Of a DNA stretch of 64,000 bases, positions 38,233 through 51,974 are shown piece after piece (position 1 is the first letter of the stretch; each line of letters begins with the position of its first letter). This DNA comes from Chiloscyllium plagiosum (taxonomy: Eukaryota), in the NCBI RefSeq assembly GCF_004010195.1, contig NC_057719.1, positions 19,601,562 through 19,665,561 on the forward strand. The letters are read 5' to 3'. The notes beneath the pieces are model-generated. The model saw only the letters and a program-made list of their open reading frames with translations, made no database searches and was not told the DNA's origin. The translations under genes and the position numbers were made by a program.

Positions 38233-40169
38233 GATCATAAGGATAACTTACCACAGGGTAAAAAAGAAACCCTTGAGGGGGACAAAGAAGTTAAAAAGCT
38301 CCAGTGTTTTCATTGTTATAAAGTAGGCCACACGAAATCAACGTTGGTGGGCTAGGAGAAAGCCAGATATCAGAAAACCAGACAAGCCTAGGAGTTTTGT
38401 TGGACTACTAACAAAAAGCACAAGGAAAGTTAGATAACTGCCTCAGAGTGTACAAGATGATCAGAAGTTGGTTAAGGAGGAAGTGCCAGACCTGCTTAAA
38501 AAATATACATGCAAGGGTAAAGTTCATTCACAAGTTTATTCACAGGCCAGGAGTAGTAGTTAAAGAGGTTACAATATTAAGGGACACAGGAGCATCTCAA
38601 TCTGTGATGCTGAAGGATGAGGAGACATGTACTCCTGAAGGTCTATTGCCAGAAAAGGTACTGGTAACAGGAAATCATGGTGAGACAAAAAAGTAGTCAA
38701 TTATGTAAAGTGAGGCTAGAGAGTCCAGAGAAGATTGGAGACAATGTGGTAAGAGTACTGGACAAACTCTCAGGTCCAGGAATACAATCGTCTTGCAAAT
38801 AATATTGCTGATTCACCAGTAGGCGTGCTGCCTACTCTAGTTGAAAAGCAGTAGAGATGCAGGCAACTGAAGAAATGAAGGATGCCTATTCAGGAATTTT
38901 CCCAGATTGTGTGGTCACAAGATCACAGAGGCACAAGGTGAAGCAGGAGAAATCAAAAGGCACAGATAAGGAAGCTGACATAGTTTTATCCGAGACCTTT
39001 TTTGATCAGATAAGTGGGACAGAGCAGGAGCAACCAGGTAAACATGCAAGTATCTTTAGCTCTGCTAGGCTTATTGAGTTACAGCAAAAAGATGAGGAGT
39101 TAAAACAGTTATATCAAAAGGCATTTACAGAGAAGGAGAGTGAATGCATGCCTGTGTGTTATTACTAAATAAATGGTATCTTACTGAGGAAATGGAGACC
39201 ATCACACATTCAAGCAGATGAGAAATGAGCAGAAATTCACCAAATTGTTTTGCCAGTAGGATATAGAAAGGAGGTGCTGTGAGTGGCACATGAGCTACCA
39301 TTTAGAAGTCATTTAGAGGTGAGGAAAACACTGGCTAAAACATAAAGACATTTTTACTGGCCTGAACTAAACAAGGATGTAGTTGAATTTTGCCTTTCGA
39401 ACTCAATATAGGTTTGACCAGGGTCCCTCCTTAGATTCCTGAAACGTTGTCTATACACTTCTGGTACAAGCTCATTATGTCAGCTAATTGGAAAACCACA
39501 GGCAGTAATAAAACCTGCACCTTTAATGCCTATACAAGCATTTGAGGAACCTTTCACAAGAATCTTGATTGATTGTATAGGTTCCCTACCTCAAACAAAA
39601 AGTGGGAATAAGCATTTATTAATAACAATGGATATGTCAACTAGATTTCCAGAGACAATCCCATTACGCAACATCACAGCAAAAGGGGTTGTAGAAGAAT
39701 TATTTAAATCTTTTGCGAGATACGGACTACCAATAGAGATCCAGTCAGATCAAGGATCAAACTTCACATCCAAACTATTCAAGAAGGTTATAGATAACTT
39801 GGGAATAAAGCAATTTAAATCTACTGCGTACCATTAAGAATTGCAGGGAGCGCTAGAGAGATGGCATCAAACACTAAAGACTATGTTGAGGACTTACGGT
39901 CAGGATTATCCAGATGATTGGGATAAGGGAGTTCTGATTGTACTTTTCGCGGCCAGAGGTGCACCAAATGAATCAACCAAATTCAGTCCACTTGAATTAA
40001 TTTTTGGGCAAGAAATAACAGCACCATTAAAATTGATTAAGGAGAAATTAATAAGTTAGATTTCAGAGACCACCTATTTGGACTATGTGTCACATTTTAG
40101 AGAACGATTAAATAAAGCTGGAGAGTTGGCTGGCATTTATAAGTATCACAGCATACAATGAAACAGGAA

Positions 40170-40492
40170 GATTAGATTAGATTCCCTACAGTAGGGAAAC
40201 AGGCCATTTGGCCCAACAAGTCCACACCGACCCTCCACAGAGTAACCCACCCAGACCCATTGCCCTACCCTATATTTACCCCAGACCAATGCACCTAAAA
40301 CTATGGGCATTTTAACATGACCAATTTACCTGACCTGCACATCTTTGGATTATGGGAGCACCCGGAGGAAACCACGCAGACGCGGGGAGAATGTGCAAAC
40401 TCCACACAGCCAGTCGCCTGAGAGCGGGAACTGAACCCAGGTCCCTAGCGCTATGAGGCAGCAGTGTAAACCACTGAGTCACCATGCCACCT
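40170..40492 (-). mobile_element. HE1-like SINE nested in integrase
   Basis: gattagattagattccctacag...gcagcagtg.aaaccactgag.caccatgccacc. Confidence 0.9.
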
Positions 40493-42377
40493 CAAAGTGG
40501 ATAAGAAATCACAAATCCACAATTTTGCAATTGGGGATAAGATATTGGTGTTACTTGCAGTAACAGGTGAGCCTTTAAAAGCAAGGTTTAGTTGACCTTA
40601 ACAAATTGAGAGAAAAATGAATGAGGTGAACCACTTGATAAGGACTCCAGACAGGAAGAAATCTCATAGAGTCTGCCATGTGAATGTGCTCAAAAGGTAT
40701 TTTGATAGGGAAGGAAAACAAGAGGAGAAGGTGTTAATGATCACAGCACTGAAGGAAGAACCAGGTTCAGAGGATTTTGAATTGGACATTCCTCAAATCA
40801 AGTTGGACAATGAAAACATTGTCAAAAATTGGGATAAATTATTGAGTTACCTTCCACAAGAAAATTGAAATGACCTGAAAGAGTTATTACTATCACATGG
40901 GAAGGTATGCGGAAATAAACTGGGAAGTACTAACTTAATTGTGCATGATGTAGATATAGGAAATGCTGTTCTGATTAAGCAACATCCTTATAGGTATAAC
41001 CCTCTAAAGTTGGCACAGGTTCAGAAGGAGATCGAGTGCATGCTCCAAGATGGCATTATCAAAGGGAGTTACAGTGACTGGATCTCACCATAGTCATGGT
41101 GCCAAAGCCAGATGGTACCCAGCAGTAAAGTGTGGATTATCGCAAAGTCAACGCCGTTACAAAGACTGATGCATATCCAATTTCAAGATTAGAGAACTGT
41201 ATTGAAAAAGTGGGGCAAGCAACTTATATTTCTAAGTTGGACTTACTCAGAGGCTACTGGCAAATACCTCTGTCAGAGAGAGCAAAGGCAACTTCGGCTT
41301 TCGTAAAGCCAAATGGATTATAATCAGTTCAAAGTCATGCCATTTGCTATGAAAAACAATCTGGCAATATTTCAGAGACTGACTAATAAGGTCATTGCCA
41401 GATTACCCAACTGTGTGGTGTATATTGATGACCTAGTGATTTTTAGTCATTCATGGAAGGAGCACTTACAACATTTATCAGTCTTGTTCAAACGTCTTCA
41501 GAAGACAGGCTTGGTGGTAAACCTGGCTAAAAGTGTATTTGCCGAAGCCAAAGTCACATTCCTGGGCCATGTTATTGGACATAGACAAATGGCCCCACCG
41601 GGATGTGAAAATGAAAGCAATTAGGGAATTTCCCACACCATCGATGAGAAAAGCAGTACTATGGTTCTTGGGATTGAGTGGATTTTACCGAAAGTTTGTG
41701 CCGAACTTTAACAGTGTGGCTGTTACACTCACCGAATTGTTAAAAAAGGGCAAGAAGTTTCCGTGAACAGCAAACTATCAAAAGGCATTTGACAGTCAAA
41801 ACACGGTGTTAACCAGTGCCCCAGTGTTAGCCACACCAGATTACGCGAAGCCTTTCAAGGTGACTATCGATGCCAGTGATGTGGGTGTCAGTGTGGTGCT
41901 CCTGCACGAGGATGACAAAGGAATAGAAAGATCCATCGGGTATTTTTCTGAGGAGGTTGAACGTTCATCAACAGAAATATTCAAAGGTGGAGAAAGAGAC
42001 TTTAAGCTTGGTGTTGGCATTACACCATTTCTGTGTGTGTATTACAAGCAATGCATCTGAGACAATCGTATACATTGATCACAACCCGTTAACATTTGTG
42101 GAACAATTTAGGGATATAAATGCCAGATTGTTTAGATGGAGCTTGTTGTTGCAGCCATTCAATTTGACAATTGTGCAGGTGGCAGTTTGCAAAAACGTGG
42201 TTGTTGATGAGTTATCGAGATTCGAATGAGATACGACGGTGTTCAGTGGCGGGTGTGCCAGGGCCTGAATTCACATATGGTTGTGCACGTCTGCATGTTT
42301 ATAGTTAGTATGGTATATATCTGTGTTTTAGACTACTAGCCAGTTTGTTTTTGGTATTGATGGTTCATTTTTCATTT

Positions 42378-42388
42378 AAAAGGAGAGG
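42378..42388 (+). promoter_or_regulatory. Polypurine tract
   Basis: aaaaggagagg immediately before the 3' LTR TG. Confidence 0.85.
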
Positions 42389-43041
42389 TGTCATAAAGCT
42401 GGTCCCTTTTTTCTAAAAGCTGTTCCTTTTCTCAAGGACACTGGGTCCTTGACTTTTTTCAGAGGGGTCATAAAACTCTCCCAGTTCCGATTAGACTGGT
42501 TTGGTACAGAAATGAAAGGGTATTGAGAGGCCATTTTGTTTATATGTAAACAGATGAGACCTCAGACCAAAGTGGTCATGTTTTGGAAGTGACTGGTATA
42601 ATGAAAGGGGAGTGGTCAGCTCTCTAGTTGAGCAGTTCAGTCCAGAACTAATTAGGAGTTCAACAGTGAGCTGAATGGAAACAGGTTGCTAAAAAACTCT
42701 CTCTCTCTTTCTGCCCTTCTAATTTCAACCTGTAGGCATCTATTGCATTTTTTAACTGTTGTTTAAGGGGGTTTGCTTATTGGGATTGTTGTGTATATTC
42801 AGAACAGCATAATTAAGTCTAGTTTGGATAGATTGAGTTCTGTGGGAGTTCTTTATTCTGCTCTTGGTGTTTCATTGTGTAATTTTGTCAATAAATTTCT
42901 GTCTTTTTTAAAATCTTGTAGTCAACCTAGCTAACTTACTCTGGGTAATTTTCACTGTACGCTTACTGAAACAAATTGCAAAGTTATGGTCTGGGTTATC
43001 TGCTCAAGAATGTTTTGAGTGGTCTGGCGTGGTCCATAACA
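42389..43041 (+). repeat. 3' LTR (653 bp)
   Basis: tgtcataaagctggtccc...ggtccataaca, followed by the TSD tctg. Confidence 0.92.
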
Positions 43042-43417
43042 TCTGGCACTGAAACTTTCCACAGAATTGTTATGGACAGAAGGCAGCCAAGCTACCCATC
43101 ATGTCTGCATTGTCTCTGTGAGCACTTTAACTTTGTGAATTTTCCCCAGAATTCTGTACTTTTTTTATTTGAATAACTGTCCAATGCCACTTGAATGCCT
43201 CAACTGAAATTACCTCCCACACACTTCGAGCAAATGTATTCCCAGACTGAAGTACTGGCTGTGTACCTTCTTTTAGCACACTATGCAAGCACATAAACAT
43301 TTATGTGTTACCAAGCCAATTTGCTGCTTTCAAATGCCTTATCGATGTCATGGTCTTAACTTGCATCATGACAAACTGTGTTTTTATCTGAACCTGTTAA
43401 ATAAAACTTAGATTTCA

Positions 43418-43541
43418 GTTTCGGGCATAAGCCCGAAACGTCGACTCTCCTACTCCTTGGATGCTGCCTGACCTGCTGCGCTTTTCCAGCAACACATTTT
43501 TCAGCTCTGATCTCCAGCATCTGCAATCCTCACTTTCTCCT
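43418..43541 (+). mobile_element. PLE pLTR fragment
   Basis: gtttcgggcataagcccgaaac hairpin, then ggatgctgcctgacctgctgcgcttttccagc; flanked by atttcagttt. Confidence 0.8.
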
Positions 43542-43829
43542 TATATTTCAGTTTACCTGACATAGGTTCTATTTCTGAGGGTTCCATATCAGGACAAATA
43601 AATGGAGAGTGTTGATCCTTAGTTTGCTTGATATTCCGGTGAAATCCCTGAAAAGTACACAATGTAAATAGGATTGAATCTTCAGAATAACTTCCAAATG
43701 ATTAAAAAATACAGATCTGATGTACAAAGTCTGGCAGACCTGGGATTTAGAATGTGTTAATTTTGGATTTGCACAGGTTATGGATTATCTGCTGGATCAA
43801 ATAAGAACACACAGGGTGTTTAAGTTCAG

Positions 43830-44750
43830 AACACAAGAACTGGAGCAGCAGTTAACAAATAAGCCCCTCGGGCCTACTCTGACATGTGGTACAATTATGA
43901 CTGATCTCATCCCAACCTCAACCTTGCTGCCCACTCTCCATTACCCTTCAACTTATTACAAATTAAAAACCTATCTCCTCCTTCAATTTACTCAATGTCT
44001 CAGTATCCATCTGAGATAGTGAATTCCATAGATTCACAGCACTTTGAAAGAAGTAATTCATCCTCATGTCTCTTTTAAATCAGCTACTCTGTCTCCTAAA
44101 ACCATGGTCAGAAGTCACACGATACCAGGTTATAGTCCAACAGCTTTATTTGGCAAGTCTTTGCAGGTGATCAAAAGTGTCAAACGCTGTGAGTGAAGAT
44201 ACTCTTAATTACCTGAAATGATCTTACCATCATTTCTCTGCATAAAAATTCTGTGTCTATGTGCTTCCCTCCACTTCACCTGATAAAGGAGCAGCAGTCC
44301 AAAAGCATCTGATTTCATGTCCACCATGTCCACCCCAGTCCACTGGCACATCCACATCATGGCTGCCATTGACACTCCTAAAAGCATGACCTTTCTTTCT
44401 AGATTGCCCCACATGAGAAAAAATCCTTTCTACGTTTACTATGTCATTCCCCTTTAGTATTTTATAAACCTCAATTTGATCTCCTCTCATTCTTCTCAAC
44501 TCGAAAGAGTATAGGCCTAAACTGCTCAATCTCTCTTTGTATGTCCAATCCCTCACCTCTGGAAAAAAATCTAGCGAAACTTCTCTGAACTGCATCCAAT
44601 GCAATTACATCCCTCCTCAAGTAAGGGGACCAAAATTGTATTCAATACTCCAGGTGTAGTGTCACTGATATCTTGTACAGTTGCAGAAACACTTTCCAAT
44701 TTTCATACTCTATTCTTTTTGCAATAAATGCCAAAGTTCCATTTGCATTC
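43830..44750 (-). mobile_element. CR1-type LINE 3' fragment interrupted by a PLE-type repeat (~44105-44365)
   Basis: ORF 44257-44604 TYKERLSSLGLYSFELRRMRGDQIEVYKIL; insert has ccaggttatagtccaacag and cctgataaaggagcagc. Confidence 0.75.
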
Positions 44751-45418
44751 ATGTTATGCTTATTCGTGCATTTTATATTCATATTTGCGAATTGGCCTGA
44801 GGTTGTTTATCCTTTTGTTTTCTGAATTCTGCAATCTCTTCTCGACACCTGTATTAACCCCCAAATATTAGAGCAAAAGTGAGTTCCTTGAATTTAATCT
44901 TTGAATAGAAACAGTTTGAGAGTGAAAAATACTGTTCAGTAGTTACAATGATTTCAAGAATATCATTTATGTAACCACTCAGAGAGAAGAGTACTGTACC
45001 TGCAGTATTGCTGTGCCTAAACTGAGTTACAATACCACTTTAAATTGAATTCTGTGTGTTCAATCATGGATATTGTCTTCCAGTTGCCTTTTTCAACAAA
45101 CAAGTCAAATTTCACTTGCCTTTTTCGAACAGTTCGGATAATTGTGTACCTATGTGTTTGTTACACCTGCATTTATCTATGTTCTCTCCTGTGAATAATT
45201 TTTGCAAGATGTCAAGTCTTTGTATTTATAAAGAAATCAGTATTAACAAAGGAAATTCAACAGAACTTTGCAAATTTAAAACAATACATATGTATGACCT
45301 GAAAGTAATGGGGTTCCTCTCGGTAAAGCTGTGCCCAGTCTATATGCATAAGGCAATGCCACTGTTGACAATTTGAATGCAAAGTAAGTCGCACCTCTCT
45401 GACTATCTATGCAGTGGT

Positions 45419-45630
45419 TGTAATGAGGTCAGCCAATGGACCTCATAGAGTATGAGTTCCCTGATTGGGGCAGTTAATCTGGTCCAATCAGGGAGACCTG
45501 GCTGACAGAAATAAAGAGAAGTGTCAGAAGTTCTGTTCATTCTGAGGGAGCTCGATCAATGTCAAGGATACTTCTTGTGTAAATAACAGGTGACTTGGTG
45601 ATAGATAGCAGCCTCTGTGGTGTTATTTCA
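45419..45630 (+). mobile_element. Short solo-LTR-like repeat, uninterrupted copy
   Basis: tgtaatgagg...gttatttca (TG..CA); homologous to 9205-9604 and 30187-30950. Confidence 0.7.
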
Positions 45631-46208
45631 ATCTAATCTTCCGTAATTGAATAAGCTTCTCAGGGTAGAAGCATTTTAATCCCTGTCAATACAGATTCTG
45701 TTCTAACTACCTGTAAAATTAATATGTTGAAGATAAAGGTAAGAGAAAATATATTTTGTGTGACAAATATGAAGCACACTGTTTATTAATGCATGCCTTT
45801 GAACCTTGAACTACTTTGTACTGTGAGCAGTGAAGTTTCACTGAATCCATGCCATTACTTGCATGTGTCTTCCACAACATCGGTTTCAATGACTACCATA
45901 GAAAAATGAAGAAGAGTCGGCAAGGATTGAATGCTACTGGCCAATGTGCAGTACAGATGAATCGTCTGTGAACATCTCATTAGACTCTCATATCCTGTGA
46001 TCCCTCTTGCTCAACAAATGATAGAAGGAATGTGCAATCTGAGAGGGTATTGGAGGCAGCTACTCTATTTAAGAAGCATCTGGAGGAGCACCTAACAATT
46101 CTCCCTCAATAGAATCAGTTGGTAAATTGGGCAGAGCAATGGCAGACAGAATTTAATTCTGGTAAATGTGAGGTGATGCATTTTGGTAAGTCTAATAAGG
46201 TAAGGATA

Positions 46209-46539
46209 GGGCAGGAGGGTGGCTCAGTATTTAGTAGTGCTGCCGCACAGTGACGGGGACCCAGGTTGAATTCCAGCCTTGGGCAACTGTCTGTGTAGAG
46301 TTTTCACATTGTCCCTGTGACTGCATGGGTTTTCTCCGCGCACTCCGGTTTCCTTCCATGGCCAACAATGTGCAGGTTGGTCATGCTAAATTACCCATAG
46401 TACGCAGGGATGTGTAGGCTAGGTGGATTAGCCATGCTAAAATAGGTAGGAGGGTGGGTCTGGGAGGGATGCTCTTCAGAGAGTCAGTGTGGTCTTAATG
46501 GGCCAAATGGCCTGCTTCAACATTGTGGGAAATGATTCC
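46209..46539 (+). mobile_element. HE1-like SINE
   Basis: gggcaggagggtggctcagt...ggttgaattccagcc...gggccaaatggcctg. Confidence 0.8.
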
Positions 46540-48624
46540 ATATGCTCAATGAATGGCAGATCCCTTTATGGGAGCACTAGACTTGAGTATGAATGCTGTC
46601 ATCCTGAGAGAGGACAGCACATTTTGGGACCACTGAAACATTGTCACTTCCCCAAGCACAGTTGTGCAGCCTGCAAGTGTGCACTCGTAGTTTTGAATGG
46701 AAGTTACAGTGTGCCGAGCTGAGTAAACATCTCAACCCTTCAAAATAAATGCATAAAACTGAGGATGTTGGAAATCTGAAACAAAAACAGAAAATGCTGG
46801 AGAAACACCGCAAATCTGGCAGCAGCTGCTGAGAGAAAAACTGAGTTAAGTTTTGAGTCCAGTGACCCTTCATGAGAACGCTTGGGTTCCAGGTGCACTG
46901 CGGAGAAACCAAGCCAGACTCACACGGATCATTTGCTGCAGAAGGGAAATCAGAAAAAAAGACTCTCCCACAGTCCAAATTACTTCCTCAATCCAAAGTG
47001 AAAGTGAGAATGAGAATGGAGATTAGAGGGAACTGAAACAATCCACATTGAACACTTGTATCACCACGGTCTTCAATTGAAGTGAATCAAACATTACCCC
47101 ACAGTTCTAACCATTATGTGGAGTTGGTAATCAGGTTTACTTCTTGGATTTAATCATTAGGTGTGGGTACCAATGGCTAGGTCAGCATTTATTGCCCATG
47201 CCAAATTGGCCGTACTTGCTGACATCAAGACCTTCAGGCAATTACCCATGCTGAATCATTGAGAAATGCATGGGTCTAAGCCCTAATGTCATCACAAGGA
47301 CTTTACATGCGATGTAATGCACAAATTCGTTACTATACATGCGGAAGGAAGTCGGTGTCCAATTTTGGAGTGGGTTTCAGTGATGGGGAGAGTGTACATG
47401 GGAAATGTGGGAGAAGAGGGAGACTCAAGGAGCTGGGAGAAGCTCTCCACAACTTTCTACATGCCACGATGTCCGTGCCTCTGGCTTCTGGGCTTTCATT
47501 GTTGACCCCACCTAACCTCCGGATCCCAAACTCTTCAACCCCCCCATTACCTCTGAGGGGAACTCTCAAGGGCAATAATGAATGGGCAATAAAATGTTGG
47601 CCAGCCAGAAATGTTCATGTCGCATGAGTGAATTTAATTAAAATAACCCATCTTGATATCTACTCCCATCCCATACATCCCACTCTCTCCTGCACACCCC
47701 CATATACTCACCTCTCTAGTCTCCACCCATTTCCCCCTCAGTCTGTCCTGATCTCTTTGCCCTCTGCCCCATCCTGTTCCTCTTCACCCCTATCTTAATC
47801 TCTTCTCCCCCATTCTGGCCATGTGCCCCAACCTGAAATCTGTACATATGAGCATCAAAGCAGCACCGAGCATGCATCTGTTGGCATCAGCAAACACAGC
47901 CTTCCCAATTACCATTTAGCAGGTAATGGTGAATTGCCTTTTTGAACTGTTGCAGTCCTTGTAGACTTGGTACAGCCACAATGCTATGGGGAAGGAGTTC
48001 CAGGTTTTTGATCCAGTGCAGTGAATGAACCATCATGTCTTTCCACGTCAGGATTGTGAGTGGGCTTGGAGGGGGCCTTTCAAATCATGGCATTTCTAAG
48101 CATTTTCTGCCCTTGTCCTTCTAAACCATAGAGATTGTGGGTTTAGAAACTTTAAAAATCTGCAGCAAATAATTTAACTAATGACTCCCTAACGTGTGTC
48201 CACCAACGACAAGGCACAGTCAGGCATGTGATGGAACACTAGCTACTTGCCTGGATGAATGCAGCTCCAGCAACATTCAAGTTGCTTGACTCTATCCATT
48301 CCAAGACAGACTGCTAATGCTTTGGTATTGCCTGTCCCGAATACCAAAGATCCTCAGGGTGGACCCCTGACAGCTTTTACAACTCTGAAACAGAATGCAC
48401 TTTTCTTTAAAACTGAAACATCAATCTCATCTAGTTTGGTCACAGCAAAGTTTAGCAGATTCAGAAAGATCTGATGGTGACCAGCTGTAATAGGTCAAAA
48501 AGATCAACATCGATGAGTAGCCAGAATGCATCCAACAGATCCTAATCCTATTGATTTAACATTGCAGCTTGTTACAGACCTGAGGGCCAATTGCACTCAG
48601 ATACCCTGAAAGTCTGCAAGAGAA

Positions 48625-48920
48625 GATTAGATTTCCTACAGTGTGGAGACAGGCCATTTGGCCCAACAAGCCCACACTGACCCTTTGAAGAGTAACTCAT
48701 CCCAGACCCATTTCCCTCTGACTAATATATCTAACACAATGGGCAATTTCTCATGGTCAACTCACCTGATCTTTGGATTATGGGAGGAAACCAGAGCACA
48801 CAGGGGAAACCTACGCAGACTCGGGGAGAAGGTGCAAACTCCACATAGACAGTAACCTGAGGCGGGAATCGAACCCAGGGTCCCTGGCACTGTGAGGCAA
48901 CAATGCTAAGCACTAAGCTG
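48625..48920 (-). mobile_element. HE1-like SINE
   Basis: gattagatttcctacagtgtgg...gggaatcgaacccagggtccctggcactgtgagg. Confidence 0.85.
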
Positions 48921-50954
48921 TCTGTCTGTCTCACCTACAAACATCCCCTGACCCCTGGAACGTTGAAAGGAAACAGCACTCAGAGACTCTGTAACAAAGA
49001 ACTTCAGTCCGGTTGACCAATTATTGAACTGGAGATCTTCTGTGGTCAACAACAATATGATAGTATCACCAAAAATCAAAAGATATGTGAGAAAGTCACA
49101 TAATTCCTTTCTTATAGCTTTAACTCTTGGTCCACAGAATTTATTATTTTTTGGATTAAAATTTCCACCCGCGGTGTCTCTGCAGAACTGCCTGTCTGCT
49201 ATGTCTTGCCTGTCCTATTTCAGAATTAAAACATGTGCTGGGTTTAAAGAAGTTTTGTTTAATTTTGGATATTAGGAACTAATTATCTATTTTGACACTT
49301 GCAGAAGGATACATTCATTATAATAAATAAGTTTTGTTTCCTTGTTTATCGATCAGACGTGGTGTGAGTTCTTTTTATCGATGGTGGTCGAAGTCAGGCA
49401 AATTAACTGTATTAGCAATTACATTGGTCATTTATACATTGACAAGTTATAGGCTTAATTTCCAGTGCTCTCCTCCCATCAGGGTCTCAACCTTCCCACC
49501 AGAATTGATAGTAATCACTGAAGTCAATAAATGATAGCAAACAAATGCAATTCTTTTGCAATATCCTGATTTTTACAGAAAGTACTGGTCAAAAGAATCA
49601 GTTGCTGAAAAAACAAGATTGCTTTATAATTTGGTATATGTAATCCATTGAAAACAATACTGTCACAAAAGTTTCCATTTTCTCAGCTGTTATAACAGCC
49701 TAAATGAGCTCCAAATACATTTACACTGGCACTGCAAAACGCACTTTATATGTTGTTCCGATCTGATAGCTTGCTTTCTAACAGTGTAACACTCCACTGA
49801 ATGTGAGATTTAATTCTCGTGCTGTTACCAGTCTCCATTAGGCAGTGAAAGACAGAGCAGACATTGTGAAAATGAAGGCTTCACAAATGAAAACACAATG
49901 CTGAGCATTATGCAACTCACAATACAAATTACGAAAAGTTCTTCATGGGATAATTCACCATAAAAATTAAATGCCGCATCAGCTAATGTTTAAGCTAAAT
50001 CCATTTGACATTTAATATCTGAATTGCAAATCATACTTACACTGGCTCCAAACAGTGAAATATAATTTTTGATCCCATTTTCATAACTGTTCCACCACTG
50101 AGAAGCTGTAATAAAAATCAACATTGAGTGAATTGATAATGTGCAGCTAGTTAGCACAATCCTAGGTGCTAAGGGAAGCAGTGGGTGATGAATACCTTGT
50201 GCATTTGAACCGAACAATATATAGATGGAGAGGAGCAGTGCTGTCTTTTCCATAGTTCACATGGCAGTGAAAGTCAGCAGCAGTCAGCAATTGTTTAAAG
50301 CTTATGGAAGTGACAACAGATGGAACTGATTACTCACTCCTATTTCATGGAAGGTCTCAGCACTAGCCTGGTGGTAAAGGAGAATGCAACTGGTTGTGAA
50401 TCCGATTAATATCAGGACCAGGCAGACGCACTGCTCTAGCACTTTCAAAGGAGAATAAAGATAGCAATCTGCTGACGGTGACATAGAGATGCAACAGTTA
50501 TTTAATTAAATGCATATGGTTTAACTCGTGGAGTGCCAGGATTCCTCTGCAGTTAACAAATATGAAATTAGCCCAGACTTGTCCAGAAGTTTAAATCAAT
50601 CTAATAATAAAGTATTTTTTTTAAAAACTCATTGTTTCATTCTGTAACCAAGACCTTGTAGGATAGGAATATACTTAAATCATTAGCACTGCTGCAAAAT
50701 ATCTTTCCTTACAAAATTTAGTTTTTTTTTGAAAATCAGCCATGATCTGAAATGGTATAGCCGATTCAAGGGGCTGAATAGCCTACTTGTGCTCCAATGT
50801 TCCTCCATGTCGTGAACTTGAGTTTCATACTTGCTAAACTGGACAGCATATGTTCAGCTTCCTTCTATTGGATGTTTGAAGCTTAACATGTGATGGAGAA
50901 ATGACCAGGATCCTCTTGGATCATATTTCTGCAGGATAAATCCCTTTTACTCCT

Positions 50955-51877
50955 TGTTATGGACCAGACCAAACCTTCTCAAAATATTCAGCAAATATTT
51001 CTTATTTTAAAGGTCAATGGAAGGTCTTGCTTTCCAGGTGCCATTCAATTGGTCAAACTACCACATTTCATTGTATTTTAAGAACATCCACTGTTGTTAA
51101 AATACAACAAAAGAAATAAGGAATTAGAATAACTTAACTCTACTAGATAACTTAACAGAATAATAAGTATAGTAATATGACTAATTAACTGTTCCAATAT
51201 GATAAAACACACAAAACATCCAATAAAACACACCCCTTGGCAAAAGGCAAATTCAGAAAACAGATGGTCTCACATCCAACTCCAGCAGCCCAGGAAGAAA
51301 ACATAAGAGAAAATTCTGAGAGAGTATCACAGTGAGAAGACATATACTGCAGCTTCCAACCCTGCTGAGACCCCAACAACACTGTGGGCAGCACGGTGGC
51401 ACAGTGGTTAGCACTGCTGCCTCAGAGACCCGGGTTCAATTCCCACCTCGGGCAATTGTCGGTGTGGAGTTTGCACATTCTCCCCGTGTCTGCATGGGTT
51501 TCCTCCAGGTGCTCCGGTTTCCTCCCACAGTCCAAAGATGTGCAGGTTAGATGAATTGGCCATGCTAAAATTGCCCCTAGTGTTAGGTGTAGGGGAATGG
51601 TTCTGTGTGGGTTGCTCTTCGGAGGGTTGATGTGGATTTGTTGGAACAAAGGGCCTGTTTCCACACTGTAAGTAATCTAATCTAACAACTGTTGCTGCTG
51701 AAAATCCTGGTTCTGTAAGAGCTTGGCCACACCCATTCAGGCTGCTTCTATTGCTCCAACTTAAAAAAAAGGACAAACTGTTTGCTCTGGTAGGCTGCAA
51801 GGTGCCTCTGCCTTAAAACCTCTCTTTTTTAAACAGCCAGAGCCAAAATAACCTCTGAAAGCTATAGCGTTGTCACA
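50955..51877 (-). mobile_element. Probable solo LTR related to the Gmr1-like LTRs, with SINE inserted
   Basis: Starts tgttatggaccagacc, the reverse complement of an end like ggtctgg..gtccataaca of the 36180 element's LTRs; ends tgtcaca. No matching TSD found. Confidence 0.5.
51386..51683 (+). mobile_element. HE1-like SINE, full length
   Basis: gggcagcacggtggcacagtggttagcactgctgcctca..ggttcaattccc..taatctaatct; flanks aacaacactgt / aacaactgt. Confidence 0.92.
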
Positions 51878-51974
51878 CACATCAATATGTTTGGATTAAG
51901 GCTAGCTGTGAAATGCATTTGATAATGAAAGGGCTGAACTCATGTAAACTACAAACTTAGAAACATATGTATCA

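Larger units (their letters stand above)
36930..42229 (+). pseudogene. Disrupted gag-pol of the Gmr1-like element
   Basis: ORF pieces 36864-37208, 37318-37791, 38448-38696, 39526-40059, 41132-41766 and 41806-42229 encode gag, PR, INT, RT and RH motifs in that order. Confidence 0.9.
36180..43041 (+). mobile_element. Full-length decayed Gmr1-like Gypsy LTR retrotransposon (gag-PR-INT-RT-RH)
   Basis: Paired LTRs with TG..CA ends; 4-bp TSD tctg (36176-36179, 43042-43045). SCAN-like gag (LVPEVYKQRFR), CFHCYKVGH knuckle, LRDTGASQS protease, integrase D..SDQGSNF..E, RT YIDD, RNase H DASDVG. Many stops and frameshifts. Confidence 0.95.

Noticed and set aside
51386..51450. tRNA-like sequence with A and B boxes
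   Set aside because: It is the head of a SINE that continues into SINE body and tail, not a tRNA gene. The same applies to the other copies.
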